Shown here: positions 1 to 13,900 of the stretch, one piece after another
How the letters are laid out: each line of letters opens with the position of its first letter
Numbering within the stretch: the first letter of the stretch is position 1
Assembly: GCA_024137785.1 (NCBI GenBank)
Contig: JAHRHZ010000001.1
Location: 3,947,075-4,011,074, forward strand
DNA length: 64,000 bases
Origin: Ginglymostoma cirratum
Lineage: Eukaryota
Direction of reading: 5' to 3'
The notes under the pieces: model-generated
The model's database searches: none
The model's input: the letters and a program-made list of their open reading frames with translations, nothing else
What the model was told of the DNA's origin: nothing
Program-made: the position numbers and the translations under genes

Positions 1-252
1 TAATTGTGGTAAAAATTAAGGAGACATTTTGATTTGTTAGTTGTAGGACCTACAGCACAAGGGGCAATGATTCAGGCCATTGTGCCTGTGCCTACTCTTT
101 GAAGCAGCTAGGCAATTAATTAATTCCATTCTCTTGCTCTTCCCTTGTACTCCTGCAGTGTTTCTTCCTTTCCACATCAACTTGCTATGAGAATCTATTT
201 TTACACCTTAACCTAGTTATTTTGCTAATAAAGTACAATACCGTACCGATCG

Positions 253-590
253 GGGAGGCGATGGCCTAGTGGTATTATCACTTGGACTGTTAATCCAGAG
301 ACCCAGATAGTGTTCTGGGGACCTGGGTTCAAATCCTGCCACGGCAGATGGTGGAATTTGAATTTAATAAAAAACTGGAATTAAGAGTCTAATGATGACC
401 ATGACATTGTCAATTGTCAGGAAAAGCCCCATCTGGTTCACTGATGCCCTTTAGGGAAGGAAACTGCCATCCTTACCTGGTCTGGCCTACATGTTATTCC
501 AGACCCACAGCAATGCAGTTGACTGAACTGCCCTCTGGGCAATTAGGGGGCACTAAATGCTGCCTAGTGGGTGATATCCTCAGGCCATTT
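253..590 (+). mobile_element. tRNA-derived SINE (family A)
   Basis: A box TGGCCTAGTGG and B box GGTTCAAATCC; further copies at about 23890-24500 (+), 40130-40390 (-), 43390-43620 (+) and 57870-57970 (-). Confidence 0.8.
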
Positions 591-865
591 TTTTTTCCAT
601 ACTTAACTATCAAAATCACCTGTAAATTTGAAACAGCCAAAACATTCATCAGCTGTCACAATGTTGAGACACTTAGGTCAAAATCAAATCTCAGTTTAAA
701 AAAAAATGCAGAGAATCTCAGCCCTCAGTTGTGTTCCTGATGCAAAGTTTAATTTCAAATGCAGGACCTGGTCTATTCCCAAGGTGCAGCTAGAGAAAGT
801 TTATGGAGTGGAGTTTCTTAATTTGCACTAGTGGATGCTGAAACAGAAATCCAAAAACCAAAATC

Positions 866-1650
866 AGACAGACAGCATGGAAAGACCCTTCAGTCCAATC
901 AGTCCATAATCCTAAACCTGACCCATATCCCTCTAAACATTTCTTATTCGTGTGTTTAGTGTTGTAACTGTACTCACACCCACCTCATGATTGTATAAAA
1001 AATGTTGCCCCTCTTGTCTTTTCTAAATCTTTCTCCTCTCACCTTAAAGATACGCCCCCAGTCTAGAAATCCCCACGAGGGAAAAGACATCTGCTATTCA
1101 CCTTATCTACATCCGTCATGATTTCATAAACAGCTATAAAAGGTCACCCCTCAACCACCTACGCTCCAGTGAAAAAGTGTCCCAGCCTGTCCAGTCTCTC
1201 CTCATAACAAACCCTCCATCCCCAACAACATCCTAGTAAATCTTTTCTGCACCCAATCCAGCTTAATGTGCTTCCTATAACTGGACACAGTACTCCTGAT
1301 GAGGTCCCACCATGTCCTGGTGGGACCTTCAATGCCTCAACTGCTGTACTCAAAAGGTCTGAGCAACATAGGCAACTGCGCTAAATGCCTTCTTGACCAG
1401 CCAGTCTACATATAGCAAACAAAGATTTATGTAGCTGAACTCCTAGGTCTCTATTCCACAACACTACCCAAGGACCTACTTGTATCTGTAAGTCGCACCC
1501 TTTAGTTTTACCAAAGTGCACTACCTCACATTTATCCAAATTAAACTCCATCTGCCACTCCTCAGTCCATTGAACCAACTTACCAAGATCTCTTGGCAAT
1601 CTTAAGTAACCTTTACTGCCAATTTTGGGGTCATGTGCAAACTTACTAAC
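866..1650 (-). mobile_element. CR1 LINE 3' fragment
   Basis: WTEEWQMEFNLDKCEVVHFG (ORF 1381-1599) and YEERLDRLG. Confidence 0.85.
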
Positions 1651-2289
1651 AATCCAACCCGCTTTAAAAGAAGTGTTTCAAGATACAATAGCAGCATCAA
1701 TTGTACATTCCCAGTTATCCTCAAGATGTTATAACATCTCAACTGTTGCAATCAGTGAAGAGGCTCCCATTGCGATATACTTTTCAACCCTATCAGACAT
1801 GTGACATCTCTGAAGCAGGTGCGACCTAGCCCAGAGGTAGGACAATGCAGCACAGGAGCCCACTCTACTGCTGTACAAACAGGCAACTCTAGAATTTCGG
1901 TATTACTACTATACAATTGGTGCCAATAACTTTATAGTCAAGCTCACACTTGATCCCACAAACCAAGAAATAAAGTAGTCCTCAATACAACTAGACAGGA
2001 CTAGAATTTGCAGTGTACTAAATTACTAGACTTATCAATAACCTGAAATTTGACAATAAAGAAACTTAAGAGTTTCTTTACTTTGTTACCTAATGGAAAG
2101 GTGACACTATAAAAAGACATCAGCAACAATCACTAGTGATTCCAAGATTTGTCCGGCATGGGAATAGAGCAGTGTTATCACCAATGAAAAGATTGGCATT
2201 TTACCATCTCATTCATTTAATACATAATTGTAAGTTGCACATATGTGTTTTAAGATATTTGTATTGGAAGCAATATTTAACCAATTTAT

Positions 2290-2610
2290 AAATCATACAG
2301 CATGGAAACAAGCCATTTGGCCCATTAAGTCCACACCAACCCCTGTGAGGAGCTTCCCACCTAGGCTGACTCACCCTATCCTTGTAAACCCTGCATTTCC
2401 CATGGCTAATTCATTTTACACATCCCTGGACACAATGGGAATTTAGCATGGTCAATCCACCTAAACGTGCACATCTTTGGACTATGGGAGGAAACCAGAG
2501 AAACCCATGCAGACAGGGAGAATGTGCAAACTCCACAGTCACCCAAGGGTGGAATTGAATCTGAGTCCCTGATGCTGACAGACAGCGGTGCTAACCACAA
2601 AGCCACCCAC
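2290..2610 (-). mobile_element. V-SINE (HE1-like)
   Basis: tRNA head GTGGTTAGCACCGCTG...GATTCAATTCC, V-domain TGTGGAGTTTGCACATTCTCCC...CAAAGATGTGCA, CR1-like tail. Confidence 0.82.
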
Positions 2611-3828
2611 AATGGAGATACACAGTACCAGAGCAACCATTAACTGTTCTGGAAAGCAGCCATAAACTTTCCAGTCATTCTTTGCCACACAAGTTGAAGT
2701 ATTCTTTTTGAAGAATGGAAACCTAAATCTGTTATAATGTACAAAGATAGTGCAACACGATCCACATTCAGGTCAGACTTAATAGTTGATTCCATTTCAA
2801 CAAAACCCTACTTATTCTAATGGTGTCTTTTCCATAAGAAGAATGAATGCCAGTGAGATGAATTTTTCATTTTGACACTAATCAAGCACTTGTCAGCTTC
2901 ATATATATGTGTGGCAAGTGTGGGGGGAGGGTTTGGAGAGAGAGAGAAAAAGACAGTGAAAGGGGAAAGAGGACAAAAAAAGAACTCTGCTCCAGTTGTA
3001 TGGAAAACTTACCTCTACAGTAACACTGGTGTGCTAAAGTCACATTCCCCTGTTCCTTCCATTGGATGCCCTAGGATCTCAGATTATCAAATATTTACCT
3101 TATAGAAGGGTCAATTACAAGAGCAGTTCTCCAGGTCCTGGAAGATCTAGGTTAAAGTTACTCCCACAATTTTTCACCATTTTCTCAAAACCACTTTGTG
3201 ACAAAGTTTCAAATTCCCCTCAAAAAAACCCAGAAAATAAACAAGCAAACCCTGAAGGTGACACTTGTAACTAATTTTTAATGCAGTACCATTTCTTGCT
3301 ACAAGGAATGATAGCGATACACAGCCTGTATGTAGTACACAATAGACTAAACTAGCAGGATACAGTAAAGGTACATGGAACATCGGGCAATATAGTTTCT
3401 GTATAAAATTGTTAAGTACAAACATCTAAATTGGTGTACACTTGTTGTTCCTTCAAATTCAGTTCCAATGCAGAGCAACATTCCAGGTTGGTTCTCTAGC
3501 AACTAGTTAAAGGATGGGTCATGTTAAATATAAATTTATATATATTTTAAAACAATGTGAAATGAACCAAATAAAGCATGAACTATTAACACACATGAAT
3601 CAAAAACTATATATACATTTTTTTCCCCTGCTACACTCCACCTCCAACTCCACAAGCTGCCTCTCTCCACTTGGTGTGCAGGTTAAGAAAACCACACTAA
3701 CTCGGCAATCTCAAACCAGGGCTTCACATTGAAAGCAAATTCCAAGTTCAAGTACAGCAGGGCTCTCTAAAGGCAGGATGCAACTGTGCGCTAGTCTGGC
3801 ACAAAATCCAAAAGAACTAAACCACTGC

Positions 3829-3834
3829 TTTATT
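3829..3834 (-). promoter_or_regulatory. Candidate polyadenylation signal of SRSF5-like gene
   Basis: AATAAA on the minus strand about 840 nt after the stop, followed by a GT/T-rich tract. Confidence 0.55.
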
Positions 3835-4673
3835 AAACACAAACAAAACTAAAAAAGGGAAAAAATTATAAATTTGTCCCTGAACCAGTAGCAATTCAAA
3901 GAAAGAACAGACCCAACCTGGAAAGGTTTCCTGTAAAACATTTTGAATATTTTAACCCCCTCCGTCCTCTTGTGGAAAGGACGACAGGCTCAGCCATTTT
4001 GTACAAAGCTTTAAATGTTGTTTGTGCTGGTGAACAGTGGCTTGATTTGGGTTTAGATGCAATTAGTTTGAGAGTTAAAATACTTTTGGTTTTCAGCAGT
4101 TTCCTCAATGAATGGAAGCACTTCCGCCTTTCAACAGATCCATTTCATTAGAACCATACTTCGAAGACTCAGACTGCCAATTAATTAGGTCACCAAACTA
4201 CATATTTCAGTTAATGTTTTAGAATGGGGCACTCAAATTTGGGCTTTATAAATCTGTCATCTTCCCTACACAAAATTTTCCATATCTTTTCATGTAAATT
4301 GTCTAGACACTAATTGTTCCAGCTAAGGAAACTCTCAATCAATACCTCACATTATTAAAATGTGAAGCGACTGAAGCCCCTCAGACTAGTCCCAGTGATC
4401 TCCACCAGAAGCAATAGTACAGCCTGGTAAACAATACTAGACAAAATTATGATGATCAAGCCTTTCTTTTCAAACTTTTTCAGCAATATATATTACTTTA
4501 AATCAGATGTCTGTATTTGAATGGGATCATAAAGTTCCAATTGTTTGCATGAAATAAAAACTGAAGTACTTAAACCCCAAACCCAGCATCAGACAGAAAA
4601 AAAAATCAAAATGAGGCCAACATTTCATAGAAAATCTTTAGCAAATTATAAAAACACTTCTACAACACGGTGG

Positions 4674-4971
4674 TTACTCTGCACTGTTAACAGGGGACTG
4701 CTCCCGAGAACCAGACCAGGAACGGGTCGATTTAACAGGAGAATTTGATCGCGACCTCGACTGAGTTGGTTTCCTACGACGCTTGACCTCAGGTGAACGG
4801 CTCAGTGAGCGCGATTCATTCCTCTGTCGCTTGGTATCACGAGCTGGTGACCTGCTCCGGGAGCGAGACCTGCTACGGCTCGGGGAGCGGCTTGCAGATC
4901 TTGAAGCACTTCTAGAACCCTTGTAGCTGCGGGATCTTGAAGAGCTTCTAGAGCGAGATCGTGTCCAAGAC
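4674..4971 (-). CDS. SRSF5: SRSF5-like last coding exon (RS domain)
   Basis: tttcag|[42 protein letters not shown]...QSPVNSAE*; TAA at 4674-4676. Confidence 0.93.
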
Positions 4972-7900
4972 CTGAAATATCAAAAGAAAGAGGCAGTGTA
5001 AGAAACCATTCCAAGAAAACAAAATCATTATCTGGCAGGTTTATAACAGGAGACTCTGGGTAGGACTTTGCAAGAATTATGGAACTACGGCAAGGTACAA
5101 GCTAGTTTCCCTTTTAGCTTTCACTATTCCCCAGTTTTCAATACATACACTCAAATGCTGATGTTTTTAGGGCAGAATGAACAAAGCCATAGCACCAAAC
5201 ACCATCATGCCTAAATGCATGCAGGCGCCAAGTTGGCTATACTGTTACAATGTTTCAAGCAACTAGCAATGGAGTGACCCAATGGTAGACGATAGTAGCA
5301 AAGGCTCAGCCGGACACAGATTTGTACTTAAGCTTCTTGAAAATACACTAAACAAAAAAAAAAATTCTGTATTCTTAATGCAACAAAGCAGATACAACTG
5401 TTGATCCATCAGTCCCTAAACTTAAACACAGTTAAGAATGCAGAATGCTTTGCCACTTTTTGAAGTAAAGATGACAGTACTGCAGGACAGTGGAATTAGT
5501 TAGATCTGAAGATGCAATGCTTTGAATAGCCTGTACTTCGAGACTTCATTTTTCAAGTTGGCTGTATTAGATTGATGAGCAATGTGCTCTTCAGTCACTG
5601 AAATGTGTCTAGTCTCAATCAGCTGACTCAGCTTGCACATCCGTGCGAGGGATTTCACATTTAGTTTCCCTCTCAAACACCAAAATACCCCTTTTTAAAA
5701 AAACTATCCATTTTAGAAACAAACCCAGCTAAGCTAAATTTACATTTTACCGCACTGTTGATTACCTGTGACGTCTTGGCTCCTCAATCAATTGGACCCT
5801 CCGGCCACTGATTTCTTTTCCATCCAGTTTATCAATTGCGTTTTTCAAATCGCTGTAAGAAGCAAACTCCACAATACTGCAGGATAAAAAAAATCCGAGT
5901 AATACAGTAAGACAGGGTAACAATAAATTTGAAATGTGAAACATTTTTATGCACAATAGTTATGAAATTTAATAGCACTTCAGACCAAAGTTTAAACCGT
6001 TACACAATGGTTTTAATTCAGCTTAAATCCTTTCAACCTTCATTATCTCCCCATAACTCCATGCTTAGGTCTCCAACTTTGATTTCATTCTTCTACTGCA
6101 CTATCGTTACAACCCTACCCACAGTTAGGGGTGGCAAGCCTGAGCATTCTAACATTTCTCTATCCAGTTATCCTCAATATCGGAAGATTCACTTTAGCCC
6201 CATTCTTAGCAGCAGAGTCCAGATGGATAAAATTCCACATTTGCACTGACATCTCCTTCATTATCACCACTGCCTGATGCTGTCAGGCTGCTTGTCTAAC
6301 ATTCAGGCTCTGATAAGCCATAATCTCCTGCAGTTAGGGATTTGGAACTCCAAAGCCCTCATCACTGGACCCTTGCTTATGACTTCATGCTGCCCCCCAG
6401 TTATTTAGGTTGAACCAGCACAAGACCAGAGTCCTATCCAATGGAGGTAAACTTGCAAGTTTATACCTGTTTTATTTCAAGGACAATCCACTCCCAAAAT
6501 GATTTTCTTTTCAGTTCCCTTTCAGACTCAACCTTCCTCACAGGCATGTATAGTGACTGTGATGACTACAAAATTCCCTCTCCAATTTCATCTTCCCTGG
6601 AACTCATCACTCTGACCAAGCATTTGGCAACCACTTTATATCAAAACAGGACCACTGAAGCATTTTTAGAATACACGCTGTTAGTAGAACAGCTTACATT
6701 AAAAGTGCACAGGATGACAGTCCAAAGTGATGATGCCTATTCAGATACTCATGCTGACAAGTTTCAGGTTCTTAATTACAATGGAGAACACACATGCAAG
6801 GTAACTAAAAGATCGCCATTGTTTCCTTACAACTGCTTTTATTGCTGTCTTACCCTTCATTATTATGGACTCTGTGAGCATCAGTGAAGGTCACTTCACC
6901 AGCCTGGCGCATGATGTCCTTCAGATCCTACAAACAGGAAAATCCTTTAAAATGTAATCCAGAACAAAGCCTTACACACTGCACAATCATATCAGTTACA
7001 ACAGTCTCAGAATTGGGATGTCATGCTGTAGGGCTTACTTTGACTAAGTGAATGACAGCAAGTGTGAGCAGTTGCATGTAGTGTTTATCGCTTGCTTATG
7101 GCATACCCAGAGTGCTACCCATCAGTCTAAACAAGTGACACCTGCCTGGTAACAAAACTAAATCTGAAACTTCCTTTAAAGATTGTCCAAAACATGAGGA
7201 AGATTGTGGAAAAAAAATCCAGCACACACAGTATATGCTGCCTAATATCATTACAGCAATCTTTCCAATTTAAAGGATGGGTCTCAAAGCTCAGTAGCGA
7301 GATCAAAATTCAAAAGTAATCTTCATTCAACTGCCAGTTACCAGGATTCTTTTGACTCACGTTCAACCAAGAAAGGAAAATAATTTGGTTGGCGACAGCT
7401 TTAATCACTTACAAAAATTCACCAGCCACAAAGGGAAGCAGTGAAGAATCCCTTTCCCAACTCGTCAATCAATTAGCGATCTACAAAGAAAACTACTGCT
7501 GTGTTTTGTGCACTTTTTCAATATTGCTGCTTTGATCACTAGTAGCATTTTCAAATACCCTTTACTCATTTAAACTCTGTCCGGGTTAGGAAGGGAGTTC
7601 TAAGCACTTTGTTTCCATTTCCTTCATGCTATGTGCTTCAATGGTTTCCTATAGATATTAATACCATCTTTTGCCTCAGTCCATGTAGCCACTAAATCAG
7701 TGAGGCATGCAATGATCATACCAGGGTACCACTGATCCCTGGAAGCATAAAATATTGTAATATTATGTACAATATCATGACATCCCTATTCAATACATTA
7801 AAAAGTTAATACATTTTAAATTAGCGCTGGGTCACCCAAACAATTAGTTTTAGGCAACCATCCATGCCCTATGTGATGCATCTAAGCAATGGGTGCACCC

Positions 7901-10900
7901 ACTCAATACAATACCCTCTCGATACAGCTTCTTGGGACATGGCCCTCCCTCAGTGGCACCGAATGTGCCTGCCACCCTGGGTAAAGTACCAATAATCATG
8001 GGTTGTGTGAAGGCTCGGCCACCTCACAAGTCAATCTCCTGCCAAGCCTCCAAGCGAGATCGACACGGTTTTTTTTTCCTTACACCAGGACTGGGGATGC
8101 GACAGGTGTCGATGCCATCGGTGACCCTAGGATCAGTACAACCCAGAACCCGCGTCCAGCTGCCTGAATAATCGTGGGAGCCGACTGGCAAATTAGTCAA
8201 CACGGGACCTTTTCCAGATACAGGACGCGACAACACGAGTAAAGGGTACTCCTGGTCAAAATGCGAATGACCTCACGACAAGCTGCTAAACAAAGGTTTT
8301 CAAATTTAGTCAAATAGTCATTTATTTCCAATCAAACAATATTAAGCCATCAGATTTACATACAGTCTATATTCACAGTTAAATTGGAGTCTCCATTAAT
8401 ATTTTATATCAGAAATATAATGGCAATTCATATTACGTATGTGCAGAATACCATTAGATTTCATCAAGATTTAACCATTTGTGCCTCCCTAGATCATATT
8501 TTCACAAAAATAACCCAAAAATAGAAACATCATGCAACGTTCTGTGTGGGTATTATCCGGACGGTCCACCTGGCAGAATACGGTTAACACAATAAACACA
8601 ACAGTGGGCCGAGGTCTAGGTGCATAGCACTGAGCACAAACTGATGTCAGGAAGCATTTCCTCAAAGTGACCAATACCTGGAATGCTCTTCTCACTGAGA
8701 CGAGGCAAAATCTCTCCTGTTAGTCAAAAAGTCGTTAAACATTTACTGGGAAGTCTGAGGTGGTAGGAAAGGGGGACAGAAAGGACGGGGAACGAAAAGC
8801 AAAAAATTCCTAGGAACTTACTCTTAACTTGGTGCATCAAGACGAAATCCAGACTCACTTTTCTCACATCTAATTGCCAATCTTAATACAAACCATTCAT
8901 ACCAACTGGCAGTTAGGAAGACATCAAATTTTGTGCATCACTGATTGTGAAAGTGGGCATCTGTATGCAGATAGCATTTGAGACAAAGGTACGATTATGC
9001 AAATGAACTAAAATCACAGGTGAATAAATGGTGCTTTACCACACTGTCACAAGCAGCAAGGTAGATTAGACTAATCCTCAGCTGTCATCGGTATCCTGCC
9101 ACAGGATGAGATCCTGGCTCTTTTATAGAACATTTTAGTCAGGGAGCCACAAACCACTCGAAAAACAATGTCAACAAAGAATCTTGGAGCAAACTTCGGA
9201 CCTTCTGCTGGTCACAAACACCTTGCTAAAACAAAAACCAGGAAAATTGTCCGAGCAATTCACGTAAGGAATATAAGCGAAGTCATTCCAGAAGCTACAG
9301 ATACAAAGTCCACTGCAGAACTTAAGAGGGGAAAAAGATTCTTGCTTGGGAAACAAGCATTAAGAGGCCAGGGTTAAATGCAGTCTAAGCTGTCACCGCT
9401 GATCAAATTCCAGTGCAGTCTTGATGGATCTATTCCAATTTCCATACAATATTTATACACAAATAAGTAGAAGTCGTCATGCAGGTAAAGCAGGCTATGG
9501 GTTATATTTATGAAGTTATGACCCATGTGCATTTAAGCACAGATATCTAAGTTCTTTTTAAGTTTGATAAATTCTTTTACTTTTTTTGAAACTTGGAATG
9601 TCAGCACCCACCTGCCAGCTAACACGAGAAGAAAGATTCTTCACAATCAAGCGGTAGTCAGTACGAACAGGAGGTCCATATCTGAAATTTCAAGAAAGGT
9701 AACTTACTGAAAGCAACAAAATATCAATATCACAATAGCTGCATCACATATATTGCTATATATGCAACTCCAACACTAAAGATACAAGAACAGAAGGTTG
9801 AGATTTAACACTAATCCATGTCGAATCCATTACCTCCACTGGAGGGATACACCGGCCTTGGGCTCTGCCTTACGGCTCTGGATTGGGGCAATAAGGACCA
9901 AAGTTTGCACTCAGGCATTGCTGCCAAGGCTTTCATTTAATGATCCATTGTTATATGCTCTTAAGATAGTGGCAAGCTTTTACAACCACACTCCATGGTC
10001 AATTGCCTGATGGGCCAAAGTCTTGGAGCTTTCTGCCTAACAACAAAGAACAGTAACTATAATTCCAAGCCAGAACGATGAGACACTTGGGAGCTGTGGT
10101 TCAAAAGAGAAGGGAAAACAGACTAGGAAAATAAATTGACAGTTAATATAAAAAGGGAATCCAAATGCCTTCTATAGACATTTAAATAATAACAGAGCAG
10201 CAAAAGGGGTGCGGCTGAAAAGGGACCAAATATAGCTTGAAAGAGTAGGTGGTGACTAAACAAACAAGATTCTGAGGGGTAGAGATAAAAGGTACTGCAG
10301 ATGCTGGAGAATCTGAGATAACAAGCGTGGGGCTGGATGAACACAGCAGGTCAAGCAGCATCATAGGAGCAGGAAAACTTCACGTTTCGGGCCTAGACCC
10401 TTCATCAGAAATTTCTGATGAAGGGTCTNNNNNNNNNNNNNNNNNNNNNNNNNNNNNNNNNNNNNNNNNNNNNNNNNNNNNNNNNNNNNNNNNNNNNNNN
10501 NNNNNNNNNNNNNNNNNNNNNNNNNNNNNNNNNNNNNNNNNNNNNNNNNNNNNNNNNNNNNNNNNNNNNNNNNNNNNNNNNNNNNNNNNNNNNNNNNNNN
10601 NNNNNNNNNNNNNNNNNNNNNNNNNNNNNNNNNNNNNNNNNNNNNNNNNNNNNNNNNNNNNNNNNNNNNNNNNNNNNNNNNNNNNNNNNNNNNNNNNNNN
10701 NNNNNNNNNNNNNNNNNNNNNNNNNNNNNNNNNNNNNNNNNNNNNNNNNNNNNNNNNNNNNNNNNNNNNNNNNNNNNNNNNNNNNNNNNNNNNNNNNNNN
10801 NNNNNNNNNNNNNNNNNNNNNNNNNNNNCAGATGCTGCCAGACCTGCTGAGCTTTTCCAGCAACTTTGTTTTTGTTCCTGATTTACAGCATCCGCAGTTC

Positions 10901-13900
10901 TTTTGGTTTTTATTTAACCTAGGTGGGCTTTTAGGTCAAATGGTTACTGAAGCAGAAGAATGGCTGATTGAGGCTAATGCAGTTGATGTGCTGCACTCTG
11001 ATTTCCAAAAGGCATCTGAAGAGGTGCCACATTGATAAGCTTGACAGTAAAGTTGAAATCTACAGAATAAAAGGGACGGGGCAGCATAAGTAAAGTTGGC
11101 TAAGTGACAGGAAACACTAGTGATGTTGCTTTCTTAGACTGGAGAAAAGTATGAGTGGGATTTCACAAGGTTAGTATCATATCCATCACATTTCTTCACC
11201 TATATTAAATGACCTAGACTTGGATGCACAAAGGACAATTTCAATACCACAGATGATACACAACTAAGTACTGCAAACTGCAAGAACAGTGACAAACTCA
11301 GAGGATACAGGCTGGTACCAAGACCAGTCATATGGCAGTGAAATATACTGTGCAGAATTTCTAAGTGATTTATTTTGGTTAAATGCAGGACAGGCATTAT
11401 AACAGGGAGGAACAGAACGTGGGGGTACACTTGCGCAATTAACAATCTTGGCAGACAGTTGGGAAAATGCTTGTAAAAGCAGCATACACAAAATCCTGGA
11501 TTTTATAACTAGAGGTTGCTGGAGATCCCGAGGGACAGGATGTGTGTGCATTTGGAAAGGAAGGACTGATTAGTCAACATGGCTGTATGTGTGGGAAATC
11601 ATGAAGTAACAATCAAGTTCGTGAGACAAAAAAAATTCAAAGAGAGCCAAGGGCAGAGCAGTGGACATGATCTATATGGACTTCAGTAAGGATCAGTGCT
11701 GGGTCCACTGCTTTTCATCATTTATACAAAATGATTTTGATGTGAACACAGAAGGTATGGTTAGTAAGTTTACAGATGACACCAAAATTGGAGGTGTGGA
11801 CAGCAAAGGTGGTTACCTCAGAGTACAACGGGATCTTGATCAGATGGACCAATGGGCTGAAGAGCAGTAGATGGAGTTTAATTTAGATAAAGTTGAGGTG
11901 CTGCACTTTGAAGAGTTAAATCAGGGCAGGACTTATACACTTCTTGTAAGATCTTGGCGAGTGTTGCTAAAAGAGAGACCTTGGAGTGCAGGTTACTAGT
12001 TCCTTGAAAGTGGAGTCACAGGTAGTTCGGATATTGAAGGCGACATTTGGTTTGCTTGCCTTTATTGATCACTGCAATGAGTATAGGAGTTGGGAGGACA
12101 TGTTGCATGATTGAGATCCTATGGAAATTGATCTACAGGTATAAAATCCAGCCCAGTCACAGCAAGGCAGTGAAAACCTCACTAAGTCCATTTGTGAAGA
12201 GTTGCCAGTTTGAATAAACTGAGTTCTGAAGTCAAGGGATGGGGAAAGTGACAAATCAACTTCCAACTGATAACACCCAAAACGTTGCAAGCACTCAGCA
12301 GAGCAGGAAACACTTGTGGGGACAGGCAAACAGAGCAGCATGTCTCAGGCCTTTACATGTGTTACAAAATGAGCAGCACGCAGAGGAAGGAAAAAGTAGT
12401 CAGCAGGCAACGATGATAAGACAATGCAAGAGGCAACGATGATAAGACAATNNNNNNNNNNAGGCAACGATGATAAGACAATGCAAGAGGCAACGATGAT
12501 AAGACAATGCAAGAGGCAACGATGATAAGACAATGCAAGAGGCAACGATGATAAGACCAGCACAGAACTGAAAATGGGTTTGCAGGGTAGGTATAGATCA
12601 TTAAAGCAGAACGCTACAGCGTGTGGGAAGCTCGGAAAAGAATGTGAAGGACATGCTGTGTGCATGTAACTGTGCATATTTACGTCATGGTGGGTTTCTT
12701 TGATGTGGGGGTAGAAGAGAAACAGGAGGAGGAGGTGTGTGTGGGAGAGACGGGTAGGGAGCGACAGAGGAAAGCCAGACGCTGGGGTGAGGTTCTCCTT
12801 GCTGCTTGTACATTGATATGATCTAGTTTTGTGGCAAGGGTACCTAACATTTTAGTACAATCTGCAAATTTGGAGACTTCAGTGTTCCCAACATTTTTGG
12901 TGTGTAATAACTTCTTTTTGCATTGAAGCCATTTTTATCCTAACCTAGTTTTCCCCAATCCACCCCATTTACCTTAGTCCACTGCTTCGCTCACTTCTGG
13001 GGCGGTAATAGTTAAACCTTCCACCAAACCTGCCCCCTCCTCTTCGAGGTGGTGCTTTTGCAAGCTCCACGGTGATCCTAGAGAATTTTAAGCAAGTCAG
13101 AAATCAAAAAACTACACACAAAATTAGTTGCAGACAAAACAATCTTTAAATATTACAGGACATGGGCTTTTGCAAACAGAACCTTTAAATCAAACCAAAC
13201 ACTCCAGAAAGCAGAGTCCACATATTTAGAAGATGCTGTCGCAAAAGCCTTCACGTGCTGCTGCGCACCATAACATCATTGTGCATCAGTGGTGGAGGGA
13301 ACGACTATCCAAAACAGCGCATGGGTTATCAAGCAGGCTGCATTTCTTCAATGATGCCAAGCTTCAACAATTGCAGCTGTATGCCTTCATGCAGGTGGAA
13401 TCTATTTCAACACACTCCTGACTTGTACATTTAAACAGTTGTCAGATTTGGAGAGTCAGGAAGTGTCAAATACTGCACAACTTCCAGCTTTAACTTGTTC
13501 ATGCAGCCACAGTATTTATATGGCTGGTTTGAGTGAGTTTCTTGGCAATGGCAATACTCAGAAGTTGCCAATGGGGGGGGGGGGGGGGGGTTGGCAGCTG
13601 TAATGCCACTGAATGTCATGGGGAGAAGGTTAGATTCACCCTTATTTGAGATATCCATTGTTCCACACAATTTTATTTACCACTTATCAAGCTAAGACTT
13701 AATGTTCATGCCTGGCTTCAAAATCAACATTAAATGCCTCAGTACCCGCTAGCAGTGAATACCACTGAACATTTTGCAATCAGCGAACACTTCTGATCTT
13801 TTGATGGAGAGGTGGTCAACGATGAAGCAGCTAAAATGGATAACCCAAGAAAGTACCCCAAGGAACTCCTCTGGTGCAATCCTGGACTGAAAAAAATGAT

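Noticed and set aside
253-345. tRNA genes at the SINE heads (also about 53530-53605 and 56010-56090)
   Set aside because: A and B boxes are present, but the sequences continue into repeated SINE bodies and show no convincing cloverleaf.
4802-5014. 70-aa minus-strand ORF MEWFLTLP...
   Set aside because: Alternative frame over the RS-domain exon; the spliced frame explains the sequence.
6441-6887. 148-aa plus-strand ORF antisense to SRSF5-like exon 6
   Set aside because: No recognisable domain and intron-like composition; likely chance.
10327-11035. Long ORFs spanning 10327-11035 and 40344-40973
   Set aside because: They run through N gaps; artefacts.
12405-12557. CRISPR-like regular repeats
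   Set aside because: Units are contiguous with no unique spacers, the context is eukaryotic and there are no cas genes; it is a minisatellite.
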